Assembly (NCBI RefSeq): GCF_006345805.1
Contig: NC_042998.1
Coordinates: forward strand, 156,798,001 to 156,862,000
Reading direction: 5' to 3'
DNA: 64,000 bases
DNA from: Octopus sinensis
Taxonomy: Eukaryota
Part shown: positions 12,256 to 24,503 of the stretch, one piece after another
Position numbering within the stretch: the stretch's first letter is position 1
How the letters are laid out: each line of letters begins with the position of its first letter
Notes under the pieces: model-generated
What the model saw: only the letters and a program-made list of their open reading frames with translations
Databases searched by the model: none
Told to the model about the DNA's origin: nothing
Translations under genes and position numbers: made by a program

Positions 12256-13842
12256 TAAACTAGATCCTGAAAGTTATGAGGGTTAAAAACGAATCGTGTG
12301 AATTTTCCGATAGTCCCCTCCCCACACCTTCGGAAAACACTTTCCCGATAAATTTCTTTATAATCATGATCTGTGCTGTTTAAAAGGTGTTTCTGTAAAA
12401 TTGCACTGATATATATTCATTTTTCTGAAAGTTATGAGGGAAAATTCGGATCTTGTGAATTTTCCGAAAGTCCTATCCTATCCCACCCGTTCGTTTGCGA
12501 AAATCTTTGTTTTCATATTCGTTTTCTATACATTTTTTACACCTAGTTGGGTGTTTTTTTTTTTTTATTTTTGTGTCCGGGTCTTAAAATGTATATTGAC
12601 CTTTTTTGCTTTTAAATCTCACTCTTTCAAAATATTTTCTATCACCAATTATTCAGCTAATATGTCTGTCTAGCTATCTATACATTTCCTTTTCATTAGC
12701 ATGGCCAAAGGAGATGTAGTGGTAGCTAGATAGTTGAATGATCTCCCTTGCAAGAAAGATTATAGAGTAACCTCCCTTTCTAACTTTCTCGAAGTATCTG
12801 TGTCATGAGACGTGATTCTTAATTATTCAAGAAGCTTAGCGTTTCCCCTTGGAAGTTTCTAGAACGTCTACCGTTCCATAAACAAAAACAGCTTGCTAAC
12901 CCTGTTCTTTGCTTCGTTGTCAATTAGACTTAAAGCCATTCACGTTATTGCTATGTCCGTCTATTTCTCTACGCCAGCTGACTGAAAGCAACCATTTAGC
13001 TGTTATTTCTATATTTCCTATATCTGAACTTCCTTGCATAGATTACTTCATTCAACTAGATTCTACATTTTGATTATATATCATCATCGACCAGTAAATA
13101 AAATATATTTTTATATAGTAAATTTATTCATCTCTATATGAACTCTTGCAATAATATACACGCAGCCACATCAACACCTGGTACTGACTATATATAACCA
13201 CTACAGACTTCTCAGCCATCATAAAATGAACTTGAACATTGAATATAAAATATATGTTTAAATGCATTACGTTTATAAGTTGAACAGCCAAGGTAAAATT
13301 AATAGAAAATAGTTTCTGTGTACAGTACTCATGTTTGCTGAACATACAACTCTGCTACGTATGCAATTTTGTATGCTGCTTTTCACTCGAATTTAGGGAA
13401 ATAACACCACTAAATATTTACATGTTGTATTTTAGAAATGTCTTACACATTTTCTCTGCTTGCCAATTGAATTTTCTGCTTTTGAGATTACTACTTAAAT
13501 ATTTTGTAATATAAGCATGTTACCAATGTTTATATGTACCAATGTAAATTTATAGGAGTAGAGAAGCTATATATTTTTAAGTTGTTATCCATGAATCTTC
13601 TGGGGTTTTTTAAAGAAATGTTCGCATCCCATTGAATGGTACTGCATATTGTTTTAGTAACACTAATATACAACATCAGAAGTTAGTATCTTGATAACAT
13701 TTTGGAAAAGCTGCTAATGCCTGTGCAGTACCTTCCACACATATGTGACTTAATCGATATTTTTATCGTATTTAAAGAATTTGAGTGCATCAGGGAATCA
13801 TTTTAAACTGTCGTGTTATAGCTACCATGTACTCTTGAACTC

Positions 13843-13918
13843 TTGTGTAGCTGATACATCATGTCACGTTTTGAAAATCATAAACTTCAAAACGTGACAT
13901 GATGTATCAGCTACACAA
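13843..13918. repeat. Perfect 33-bp inverted repeat with 10-nt loop
   Basis: TTGTGTAGCTGATACATCATGTCACGTTTTGAA-aatcataaac-TTCAAAACGTGACATGATGTATCAGCTACACAA. Confidence 0.9.
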
Positions 13919-14021
13919 CCTGACAATATTAGTACTATTCTCAAGATTCCATTTAGAATGAATCATGCATAGCCGCTTCTTCATATGAATGGTGCTTATT
14001 CTCCATGCTTTGCTAAGGTAC

Positions 14022-14347
14022 TGTAGTGACGTCATCTTGAGAGTCTTCAGTGCGCGCGTGCGAGGTTGGAATCTTCTAGAAGGCCTGCAGAGGTTCCCTC
14101 ATGCACATGCGCTCTGAAGACTGACGGAAAAAGTTCTGTCGCGTTCCTCACTTCCGTCGGGGACTCGGGACACGGCCGTTGAACACGGTAGACGTGTTTT
14201 GATTAACTCTAGATTTGCTGTGTGGTTGCTGACTGACCAAATGTACATTTCACATATACCTGAATAAAGAGTTATATATATTGTTCGGATGCTTTCCTTG
14301 TTTCCTTACATCTACATTTTTTAAAACAAAGAGGAAGAAATTCTACA
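14022..14347 (+). mobile_element. Solo LTR with 4-bp TSD (Gypsy-like)
   Basis: TGTAGTGACGTCA...TTCTACA, internal AATAAA, and GTAC on both flanks (14018-14021, 14348-14351). Related to 22329-22807. Confidence 0.8.
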
Positions 14348-15096
14348 GTACATTAGTCTTGCAGTTAGAGAGTTGTGTGGAACATCAACAGACATTGAAT
14401 GCTTTTTGAGCAGTTCTCACTAGACTCAACATTTTACACCCTTTGTACACTTACATGTATAACTATATGTACAGGTCTACACAGGCATATATACACACAG
14501 CGACATATGTCTTTAGACACATACGCAATGTAAGCGTGTGTATGCAAACTGATACAGGCATACTAATACATATATTAATCTCTATATTAAAAACAATACT
14601 TATTGCCTGTGCAATATTCTGGTTTTCATATCTATAGCTATCTATTTATCTAATCTAATCTATCAATCTGTCTACACACACACACACGCGCACACACACA
14701 CACACATCTATGCTTGAATATATATATTTGTATGCGTGTATGTAATATATATATATATACATATATATATAACAAATAAAAGAAACATAAAATGGAATTC
14801 ACGAGATTCTTTATTAATCACAATGTTAGTTTCGACCATCTCTCGCGACTAAGATACTGTACAACTAGTAATGGTGCATCCTTCAATGCAGATGTGTCTC
14901 AGGTGACTTTTCAAAAGATACCTTGCTCAATAAACTCCGTTTCGCTTGGTTCGATTATACAGCATATCATTATTTTGCCAGTAGGTGGTTGCCTATAGGC
15001 TTCAAGGTTTATATATATGCACATACACACATGCACACATACAGACACACAGACACACACACACACGCATACACGCAAGCACATTTCGCTTTTGTA

Positions 15097-15262
15097 TTTG
15101 GTTTGCAAGATTCTTTATGTGAATTCGTGTGTTGAATAATATTTTGTGTCTAGGGAGAGTTATTCTGTTTTTGTGCCTTATTACTTAACACACTCACCGG
15201 TTCAATTTCCACTCATTTACTTATTTATTTTTTCTAAAATTTTCGTTGCGTCTTGCAACTTT
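15097..15262. repeat. Unclassified dispersed repeat (other copies about 30577-30725, 45290-45372, and inverted about 31257-31345, 46660-46760)
   Basis: Recurring TTCTTTATGTGAATTC..GTGTCTAGGGAGAG..ATTCTGTTTT..TTTCCACTCATTTAC..AAAATTTTCGTTGC block. Confidence 0.6.
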
Positions 15263-15429
15263 TTTAAATAGTCTGTTATCAGAGCTGCATTCTTTTTGTT
15301 TGTGTGCATGTGTGTGCATCAATGTGCATGTGGATACACATATGTATATCTCTTCTATTTTTTGATTATTATAAATCTTCCACCGCGGAGGAAACCGGTT
15401 TCCAACAAAGATACAAGGCTCCATCTTTG

Positions 15430-17090
15430 GGATGTAGTTAACAGAGACAAATTCAAATTTGGAACTTGAGAAAAGTCTTGCATAATTTTACTGTTCCACT
15501 CACAGATTGCACTTGTAATGTACGAATCAACCAGTCAGTTTCTCTTTCTGAAAATCCCAGTTTATCCAGATTCTTCATTATGCATTTACTAATAAAACCC
15601 AGTGCTCCAATTATTATTGGTATGAATTCATTATCTGGATATAGAAACTGGAGGTTTCAAAGCAGTTGTCCATAGATATCCTCTTTTACTTTGATTTTGA
15701 AAGAGATATTTATATCTACAGGACAGTTAGCCATTATGATGGTACATACTTTTGCCCCTCTATCTCAAACAACACTATCCGGCCTACTATACTTACATTT
15801 GACAGAAGTTTTGATGGGAATATTCCACCAGTATTCTTTGTGTTGGTGTTTATGAATATATTCCATAGCAGAAGTATTTTCTAAGTTTATTTAAGGACAG
15901 TCTTTTTTGCGGATGGCATTGTAAATTATTTTAGCAACAACACTATGCCGCATATGGAGGTAGTGCCATGACAACATTTTAGGACAACTGCTAATCACAT
16001 GAAACATGGACATAGCGTCATACTCTCTCTTGTTCACCAAGTACTTTGTGGCAATCTCCTGTTCCTGGATTGTAAAAGCATAACCTTCAAAGTGAGATGT
16101 GATGTAGTGATTTTGTGTCCAAGAGAGGCTGCGCTTTGTGTCAATTCTACTGTCTTCTTCAAGCTTTCGGACAACATATCCATGCATGGTCTTTTTTTTT
16201 GTTTGTATGCTGAGTGCTTTCCATCTAGGTCTTCTCTGAGGTAAGAGAGTGCAGCTGTTTTGGGGCTGTATAGATCATCAGGAAGAGAGTGTTTCTCGTA
16301 CAACTCATACAATATTCCTCACTTCACTTTCAGCACTGCATTAATATATTTGTTTTTGCTGCTGTTGTTTAGCAGGTGCTGCCTGAGTGATACGATAGGG
16401 CATTCGAAGACCACCTGCACTGATCTCACGCCTCTACCACCTTCATTTCTTCTTAGATAGAGCCTGTCAACATCATTGTTTCTATGGAAGTTCCCAGTTG
16501 TTTTCAGGATTTTGCGGGTTTTGATATCTATGGAGTGGATTTCCTCTACAGCCCAATCAAGTATCTCAAATGTTGGGTACAGCACTGCTACTGCAAATGC
16601 ATTGTGAGATATTGATTTGTTGTAAGAGGAGAGTTCTGACTGCCACATTTTCCTAAGTCTGGTGTAATGTTCTCAGGTCACTCTATCTTTATTCACAGTG
16701 CCTCCATATGATACATTTTCGTCTATGTCTAGGTACTTGCAACATTTTTTGTGTGGAATGAGGAAGATAGAGAGATCGTCGATGCACAAATTTTGGGTTT
16801 GGGGGACTGACTTTCCTCGTTCTATAACCAAATATGAACATCTCTGCTGGCCAAATTCCATGCCAATACCAGCTGAAAATGTTGTTATTAATTCCAGTTG
16901 TTTTTTGGCATTGTTAACACTTTTAGCATAAATCTTCAGGTCATCTACAAAGAAATTATGAGTTACATTGACATCTCTAGCAGTTGAAGAACCTAGAATG
17001 TAACCACTTGTTTTTTGCAGTAGGAACGATAATGGATTCAGTGCCAAAATGAAAAGAAGTACAAATAGAAACAATTATTCTCTTCTCAGT
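15430..17090 (-). mobile_element. R4/Dong-like RLE LINE, 5'-truncated and degraded
   Basis: FVDDLKIYAKS..IGMEFG (RT), IDIKTRKIL..NDVDRLYLRRNEGGRG, HVISSCP..MRHSVVAKIIY (CCHC) and SRPDSVV..CPVDINI..IIIGALG (RLE). Boundaries are approximate. Confidence 0.8.
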
Positions 17091-17169
17091 TGTAAGGGTA
17101 AGAATAGTTGTCTATGTCTTTGTGAATCTCACTATAGCAGCAATTAAGGTAGTAGGTATCTTTGCCAGA

Positions 17170-17255
17170 TGTAGACATGTATGTATGTATGTATGTATGT
17201 ATGTATGTATGTATGTATGTATGTATGTATGTATGTATGTATGTATGTATGTATG

Positions 17256-17289
<34 letters not shown>

Positions 17290-18050
17290 TGTATGTATAT
17301 ATCTATGTATTCTGCATATTAATGTGTTTGTGTGTTCATGTTTGTGTATTTGTGTGTTTACCTCTTTTCCTTGTGTGTGCATGTTTTGAGTTGTGTATGC
17401 CTATATATGGTGGATTCTCTCCTCGAAGACGATGAATGAGGGTTCAGTAAGTAACCTTCAACAATTCCTAAGCCTTGTGACACCGCATGTGTACCTTCAA
17501 TATATATATATATATGTGTGTGTGTGTACATTTGTATGTATGTATGTATGTATGTATTCTGCATATTCATGTTTGTGTGTGTGTGTCTGTTTGTATGTAT
17601 GTGTGCGTATCTATGTGTGTACCTCTGTCTCCTTGTGTGTGCATGTTTGAGTGTATCTATGTGTATGAGGTGGAGTGACTGTACGTGCATCTGTTATGTA
17701 TGGATGTTTGTCTCCATATGTGCCCTTGTATGTATGTGAAGTGTGCGTGTGTGTATATGGTCATGTATTTCAGTCTACATTTGTATATGTATGTGTGTAT
17801 GTGTGCTTGTCTATCCATATTACCTATGTATGTATGTATGTATGTATGTATGTATGTATGTATGTATGTATGTATGTATGTATGTATGTGCTTGTCTATC
17901 CATATTACCTATGTATGTATGTATGTATGTATGTATGTATGTATGTATGTATGTATGTATGCATGTATCTATCTATCTATCAATCTATCCGTTTACCTCC
18001 ATATCCATTTACCTACACACCCACATATACCACACACACACACACACTAG
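17170..18050. repeat. Compound (TATG)n/(TG)n/(CA)n microsatellite field
   Basis: Direct inspection. It generates the spurious MYVCMYVC ORFs. Confidence 0.9.
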
Positions 18051-20009
18051 ACTAACTACTCTGCATTGCCCGGTAAAGTATTCACGGAATTGTTTGCCAT
18101 TTTTGTAGAATGAGAATTCACAGTACTTATGCATGTATATATATCTAACTTAACTTCTGGACTTATCGGAACTATCCAAACAATAGTAATCAATTTACAT
18201 GAGTAGAAGCCTTTTTTAAAAATAATTTTTATCCAGAAAATCACCTGTTACTTTTGTTTTAAAGTGAAAGAGAGGAGAAGGTAAAAGATGTATGAATGTA
18301 TATGTGTAACGAACTTAGTGTGCGTGAATATCTTCTCTTGTACTTTCGGGGTATAAGAAAGCAATCACTAGCCGTTGCTTTAATAATCCAGAATTCTACC
18401 AGTCAGAAACAACAAGACGCAGACGTAAAATATATATATACTACTTTATTCTCTTTCTTGGTAACAATAACAATAAGTGGTTATCTGATGTCCTTGGTTC
18501 GGAGGCGCGCAAGGCTGAAAGTTAATCGATTGTAATATTTACAATATTCAGCCGCTAAAACCAGAACGGGTTCAAGATGGCGTCGAACAGGGAAGTTGAA
18601 TGTGGTCGGCAACAATTTGGTTAAAGGCATTCGGCCGACTGCTGCTAGAATCAAGTCCTGACGGAGAGAGTCCTCGCTGACTGCTGCTAGTGGTCAAACG
18701 TTCTACGACCCCCTTGCCTCGCTAACTGCCGTAGGCAATAGGGTTCTTCTTCCGGTGCTTCGCGCATGCGCGAGAGGGCCCTTCCTCTCTCTGCCTTGGT
18801 AAAGGCACCAACACGCGCGAAATAGAAAATGGACGGTGCGCGCGCGCGCACCGTTATAGGCTCACTACATATGAAATGGACGTGTGTGTGCATGTGTGTG
18901 TGAGAGAGAGAGAAAGAGAAAGAATGTGTGCCACTTACACATACATGAAAACGCACACGTTCACCCACTCACACTACACATACACATGCACATGTACATA
19001 CAAAAAAGATTTACGCATATGTATTGATGTATATACGTATACATGACAACATACCCCATCGCTCACTCTCTCTTTTTCTCCCTCTCTCTCTCTCTTACTC
19101 CCTCTCTCTTCCTTCTCTCTTTCACACACACGTCCGTTTCATATACACGTACATACATCTTTCGCTTTCTCCTCTCTTTCACTTTAAAACAAAAGTAAAT
19201 AAATAAATTTTTATGGAAAGTAACGAACTCTGGATGTTGAAATCACATTCAGTTAAAAGTCTTTCTAAATGATGAAAATATTGTGTATGTCAAAAAGTCG
19301 ACGGTTTTTTTTAGAGAGCACGAAGACAGATAGTAGACTTGTGTTTGTGTTGATTGACACTTTTTGACATTCATTATATGTATGTGTATTCTGTAAGTGT
19401 GTTGACGTCGTGGAAGTCATGTATTTTTTCGTCAAGAATGTAAAAAAAATTGTGTTTAATCATTTAAATAGAGGTTCAAATGTCACAAAAATTTGCACTG
19501 CACCACCGAAGGTAAGTATGAAAATAAATATGTAAAAAAAAAGCTATGATAAAATATACTATTTCTGAGATATTTCAGTTGCAAACAAGCATCCCTAGAG
19601 TTCCCTCTAAAGTCCATCCCCTTGTCTTTCTCTCTGTCCCCTTCTTTCTCCATACCACCCTCTCTGTCCATTTACTTCACTCTCTTGCACCTCTATCCCG
19701 CCCTCTCTCTCCCTCTCCATTTTTTCTCTCTGCCTTTCTTCTCCCTGCTCCCCCTAAGGTCGATCCCTTGTCTCTCTTTTCCTCCCTGTCCCTTTACTTC
19801 TTTCTCTCTACCACACCTCTATCCTGCTCTCTCTCTCCCCCTGCTGATCTGCCATTCTTTCTCTCTCCTCTCAGGTCAATTCCCTTGTCTCTCTCTCTCT
19901 ATCTCCCCCCCCGGCTGATCTACCACCAGCTTTTATCCTTCTCTTCTCTCCTCTCCCTCTCAGGTCAACCACCGTATCTTTCCTCCTCTCTCTGTTCCTC
20001 TATTTCACT

Positions 20010-22953
20010 CTCACTGTATCCCAAGCGAGGATGTCAAGGAACTGGTCTGCAAACGAGTTGCAATTGTTTGTCCGCGCCTGAAAGATGGCCGAGGGTGATT
20101 CCCCAAACAATATCATAGCAGCGGCGCTTAAGAGCAAAGATTTCTCCAGGACCATCGCCCAGATAGAGCGAAAGAAACGAGAATTCCTCCGTTCATATGC
20201 TCTAATCAGGCAACACATGGACACACTGAACATCATCCTGGGAGGTGACTGCAACCAAAAGGATGGAGAAAGCATCCAGGACCCAACAAAAGATACAACT
20301 GAGAGACCTGCAACCAAGGGAAACAATGGCACATGTCCAGCTCCCAACACAACTGAAGACCAAAGAGGTGCGATGGCCACAAAAAAGGAAAGCACCCAAA
20401 AATCGATGGAAAACAAGAGGTAAAAGACAAGAAAACTAAAACAAACACTGATCAGAAAAAACAGAAGAACCCCAGTAAGAACTACAAGGGCAAAAGCAGA
20501 AACATCTGCAAATTCTACCTAAAGGGAGACTGCTAGCATGGGGTCGAAGGTGCAAACTGTCGTTTTGCACATCAGAAGCCCTGCCAAAAACCGCATGGAC
20601 ACAAGACAAAAATCCCTCCCTAGGGGAGAACAAAAGGAAAAAGAAAAATATAGAAGAAGGAAAAATGGCACACGGACTATTCCTAAAAGACGATATGCAG
20701 ATGTAGTGCGCGGTCCAAAAAAGATACTGCATAGGCCAACAAATGGCCAGCTTCACCCAGATGTGAGAAGGGCAGCAGCTGAACAGCAATCTTTTTTGTG
20801 CATGGCACACAAAATTGTTCAGTAGCTGACCTGGCTACAAACACAAAGCAAGAACTACCACCACATAAGGCCACCACCAACATATGCAGGATGGCTACCA
20901 CAGACACCAACACACACACCACAAAAATATTTCTATTGAACGTAGGAGGGCTGCTGCGCAGCAACTATAAAAGGAAAATCTCATTCCTGAGAGACTTTGC
21001 GGCATGCAATCAAGCTATATGCATGGCACTCATAGAAATGCATCTTGGACCTGATATAGGTGATGAAGAATTAAAAATACCGCAATATGTTGTCATACGC
21101 TCAGATTGTGGAGTTGCAATGTACATCCGAGATGACCTCATGCCCCTGGTCCTGATGTCATATTTAAACTCAGTGTGTGACACTCAAATTGTACACATAA
21201 GACAACTGAATATCGTCATATGTACTACATATCGCCCACTGGATGCCCCAAATCACACAGGCATGTTTGAAGACTGCCTAACAAAATTAGGAGAAGTTCT
21301 CACCAACCTGGAACAACACAACAGTGTATTCTTCATGGGTGACTTTAACTTCCCCAATGTGGAATGGCCGGGGAGGGGGGCAGATGCTCCCAGGGATGAC
21401 ACACCATCAGCAGGCACAGGCAGAGTCCCTGCTCCATCTCACAAATGCCTCTTTCATAGAGCAAATAGTGCTGCAAACAACAAGGGCAAATAATATACTG
21501 GATCTCTGCTTCACAAACAATAACATTAACATAATGTTAAAGTGATGCCGAAAATGATCTCGGATCACAACATAATAGAGCTGTCTATATATGGACCAAA
21601 AGCCCCGCAGACACACAGCCTATATGAAGCATCCACAATCTCTCCAACTTAAACTTTCATAAAGCAAATTGGAAGTTGATCGAGAAAGAGATCCTCAAAC
21701 AGGATTGGCCTAAATGTCTCTCCACACCAGACATTGAGATGAAACACAAACGCTTCATGTTCATAATACAAGCTAAATGTGACAAATATGTTCCAGCGTG
21801 CAGGGCCAGCACACACAAAAACAGGATCCCTAGAGAAAGGAAGATTCTTATGAGACGACGGACAAGGATTGCGAACCGCCTGAGCAAGCACACCAAAAGT
21901 GGTGAGAAGTCTCGGCTCAAGAGAATGCTAATGGAAATTGAGAAAAGTCTGCATCAGTCTCATGAAAAGGAGAGAGCAGATAAAGAAGCTTGGGTAATAG
22001 AAAATATAAAGTCAAACCCTAAAGCTTTCTTTAAGTTTGCCAAAGAGACAGCCACAGTGCGCCAGAGAATATGACCTCTTTTCCAAAAAGATGGCTCACA
22101 GAAAATCCCACGAGGATAAGTGAAATACTGAACGAACAGTTCCAAAATGTGTTCACTACACCTCTAGGACACAGGCAAGTAAACAACCCAGAAGAATTCT
22201 TTGCCACTTTACCTGTGGCCAAAGAGGCAAAAATTGAGTACATCAACATTGAATATGATGATATCACACTGGCCATAGATGAGATTGACACAAACTCAGC
22301 TGCTGGACCTGATAGATTTCCAGCGATCTGTAATGGAACTGGTTAATTCTTCACACTGTTTGGATGCAACCAATTTCCTTTCTTTTTGTTTCTAGAAACT
22401 ACCAGTCAGGAACAAAACGCAACTTTAAAATATTTATGATTCTTTTTTCTCTTATTTACAAATGAAGCACATTGGTATATTGGTATTCACTTGGTTCAAT
22501 ATAGCAAGGCTGAATTTTAACATTTGTAAGATTCTTACAACAAATTCAGCAGCAACAGAGCTGGTCAAATTCTAAGCGTCTGGGACAGGAGAATGGCTGA
22601 TCACACGTTTAATACGTCTTTTCGCTTCAATAGCCGTGTTTCAAGTCGACGACGCTAAACAAGGAACGCGATAGAATTTTCTTCCCCAGTCTCTAGCGCA
22701 TGTGCATGAGGGAACTTCCGTAGGCCTTTCCAGAAGGTTCCAGCTCCGCACACGCACACTGAAGAATGACATTGCGTGTGCGCACACTGGAAAATGACGT
22801 CACTACATTGAGTACATCAACATTGAAGATGATGATATCACACTGGCCATAGATGAGATTGACACAAACTCAGCTGCTGGACCTGATGGATTTCCAGCGA
22901 TCCTTCTCAAATCATGCAAACGAGCCCTTGCAAAACCGCTACAGCTTCTTTTT
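20010..22953 (+). mobile_element. CR1-clade LINE 5' portion (ORF1 remnant, APE endonuclease, start of RT), 3'-truncated
   Basis: LLNVGGL..GVAMYIRDDL..TYRPL..MGDFNFPNVEW, NNILDLCFTN, SDHN, NFHKANW, ENIKSNPKAFFKF and AAGPDGFPAILLK. Interrupted by a solo LTR and cut by a Penelope remnant. Confidence 0.85.
22329..22807 (-). mobile_element. Solo LTR (family of 14022-14347) flanked by a 95-bp direct duplication
   Basis: TGTAA...GACGTCACTACA termini. The 3' part is the reverse complement of the 14022 LTR start. 22234-22328 is repeated at 22808-22902. Confidence 0.75.
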
Positions 22954-23527
22954 CAGCCTACTAATAACTCTACCTGTGTTTATATAAACTGTGGGTATTG
23001 GGGCATGACTACCTACTACGTATATTTCCTATTTAGTACTGGGGATGTTTCATTTATGAGGATGTACTCCTGTATTTGTCTGAGTGTTGGGTCCTTCGGG
23101 TGCTTGGACAAAATGCAGATGTCAAGTTGACCCAGTGTGTCTCGATGTTGGTAGAGTATAGAGGACTTTTTTCTTGTCATATTGTCTGAGATAAGGTGCA
23201 TAGAGAGTGCTTGTAAAGACAAGAACATGATATACATAGGTGAGACATCTAGAAGAATTGCGAAGAGACTAAATGAACATTTGAGAAAATATGATGACAA
23301 AAAACAGTCCTTCATATACTCTACCAACATGCCAAAGGCCAACATGGAGGCACACTGGGTTAACTTGACATCTGCAGTTTATTCAAGCACCTGAAGGACC
23401 CAACATTCAGACCAATACAGGAGTACACCCTCATAAATGAAACATCCCCACTATTAAATAGGAAATATATGTAGAAGGTCCCAATACCCTCAATTTATAT
23501 ATGCACAGATAGAGCTATAGTAGGCTG
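22954..23527 (+). mobile_element. Penelope-like element remnant: GIY-YIG fragment with inverted duplication of the 3' end
   Basis: IRCIESACKDKNMIYIGETSRRIAKRLNEHLR (GIY-YIG). About 22954-23188 is a diverged reverse complement of about 23282-23527 (..QIQEYILINETSPVLNRKY*). Confidence 0.8.
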
Positions 23528-23570
23528 TTATGCAGACACACATATATATATATGTTACCATTATTCAATA

Positions 23571-23640
23571 GCCAAGATAAAACTCTGAGTTTCGGATGCC
23601 GAAGTGGAAATCCACAACACCATCTCTTCGGTTATCTGGC
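23571..23640 (-). ncRNA. Type I hammerhead ribozyme-like motif (core U4C)
   Basis: Minus strand: GCCAGATAA-CCGAAGA-GATG..GTGGatttCCAC..CATC-C-GAAA-CTCaGAG-TT-TTATCTTGGC. Stems I, II and III pair. Confidence 0.6.
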
Positions 23641-24503
23641 CATCTGAAAAACTCTGTGAAAAAATACCGTTATTCAAAGGGAAATTACTGTGTTATAATT
23701 CCGCTACTTATATAAATTAAGGTTAAAAGTTCATAGTAAACACATAAGCATGGCTACTCATACGCTCACATGTGCGCTCGTGTATCCACGTGCGTACGTA
23801 TGCGTCACTATGAAAACATACACATCTTCACTCGCATTTTTCGCCAAATGTATACGCATATATATACAAACTCATACACACACACACGTACCGTAAAGAT
23901 TTATATACATACGTCTATATACGCACAAGCACAAGAAAAACATGGTTAAAGGTAATAATACAGAAAAAAACATAAGGAAGTATACAAAGCGTAAAGCCAC
24001 TTTCATATACGGACATGCCCTTATGCACACATACACACACACGCCCATATATGTACATACCCGCACATGTTTATATACGCATACACAAAAAAGATTATAC
24101 ATACGCCCCAAAAAACCGGAAAAAATTGTAAAAATACTAAGTAAAAACGTCTATATATATATGTATTCTTATGCCCGCACACATCTATATACATACACAC
24201 CCGCCCACTCATACATAATCACACACGTATACAAATGAATCTATATACACGTCTATATAGGCACAGGAAAAAATATATATATAGTTGAAATTTACAGAAA
24301 AACAAAAGACAAGTGTATAAACAACAAGCAGGTATATTAGTTTGACGCTCAGGAAGGGGAGAAGGTCTTTTACGTTTCAAGCCTATGCTCTTCATCAGAA
24401 AGGAACACAAGGAAATAAACAGAGACTATATAAAGAGAGAGAATAAAAAAACTTTTGGAGTTGGCAGTCAATCATGGCGACTATATATATATATATATAT
24501 ATA

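Noticed and set aside
14820-14895. Further hammerhead-like remnant (minus strand, ..ACCAT...ATGGTCGAAAC)
   Set aside because: The core is degenerate and stems I and III could not be formed.
18577-18594. tRNA-Lys PBS-like TGGCGTCGAACAGGGAAG
   Set aside because: No adjacent LTR ending in CA and no gag/pol could be identified.
19546-20118. 190-aa Leu/Ser/Pro ORF
   Set aside because: It is a CT-rich low-complexity tract upstream of the CR1.
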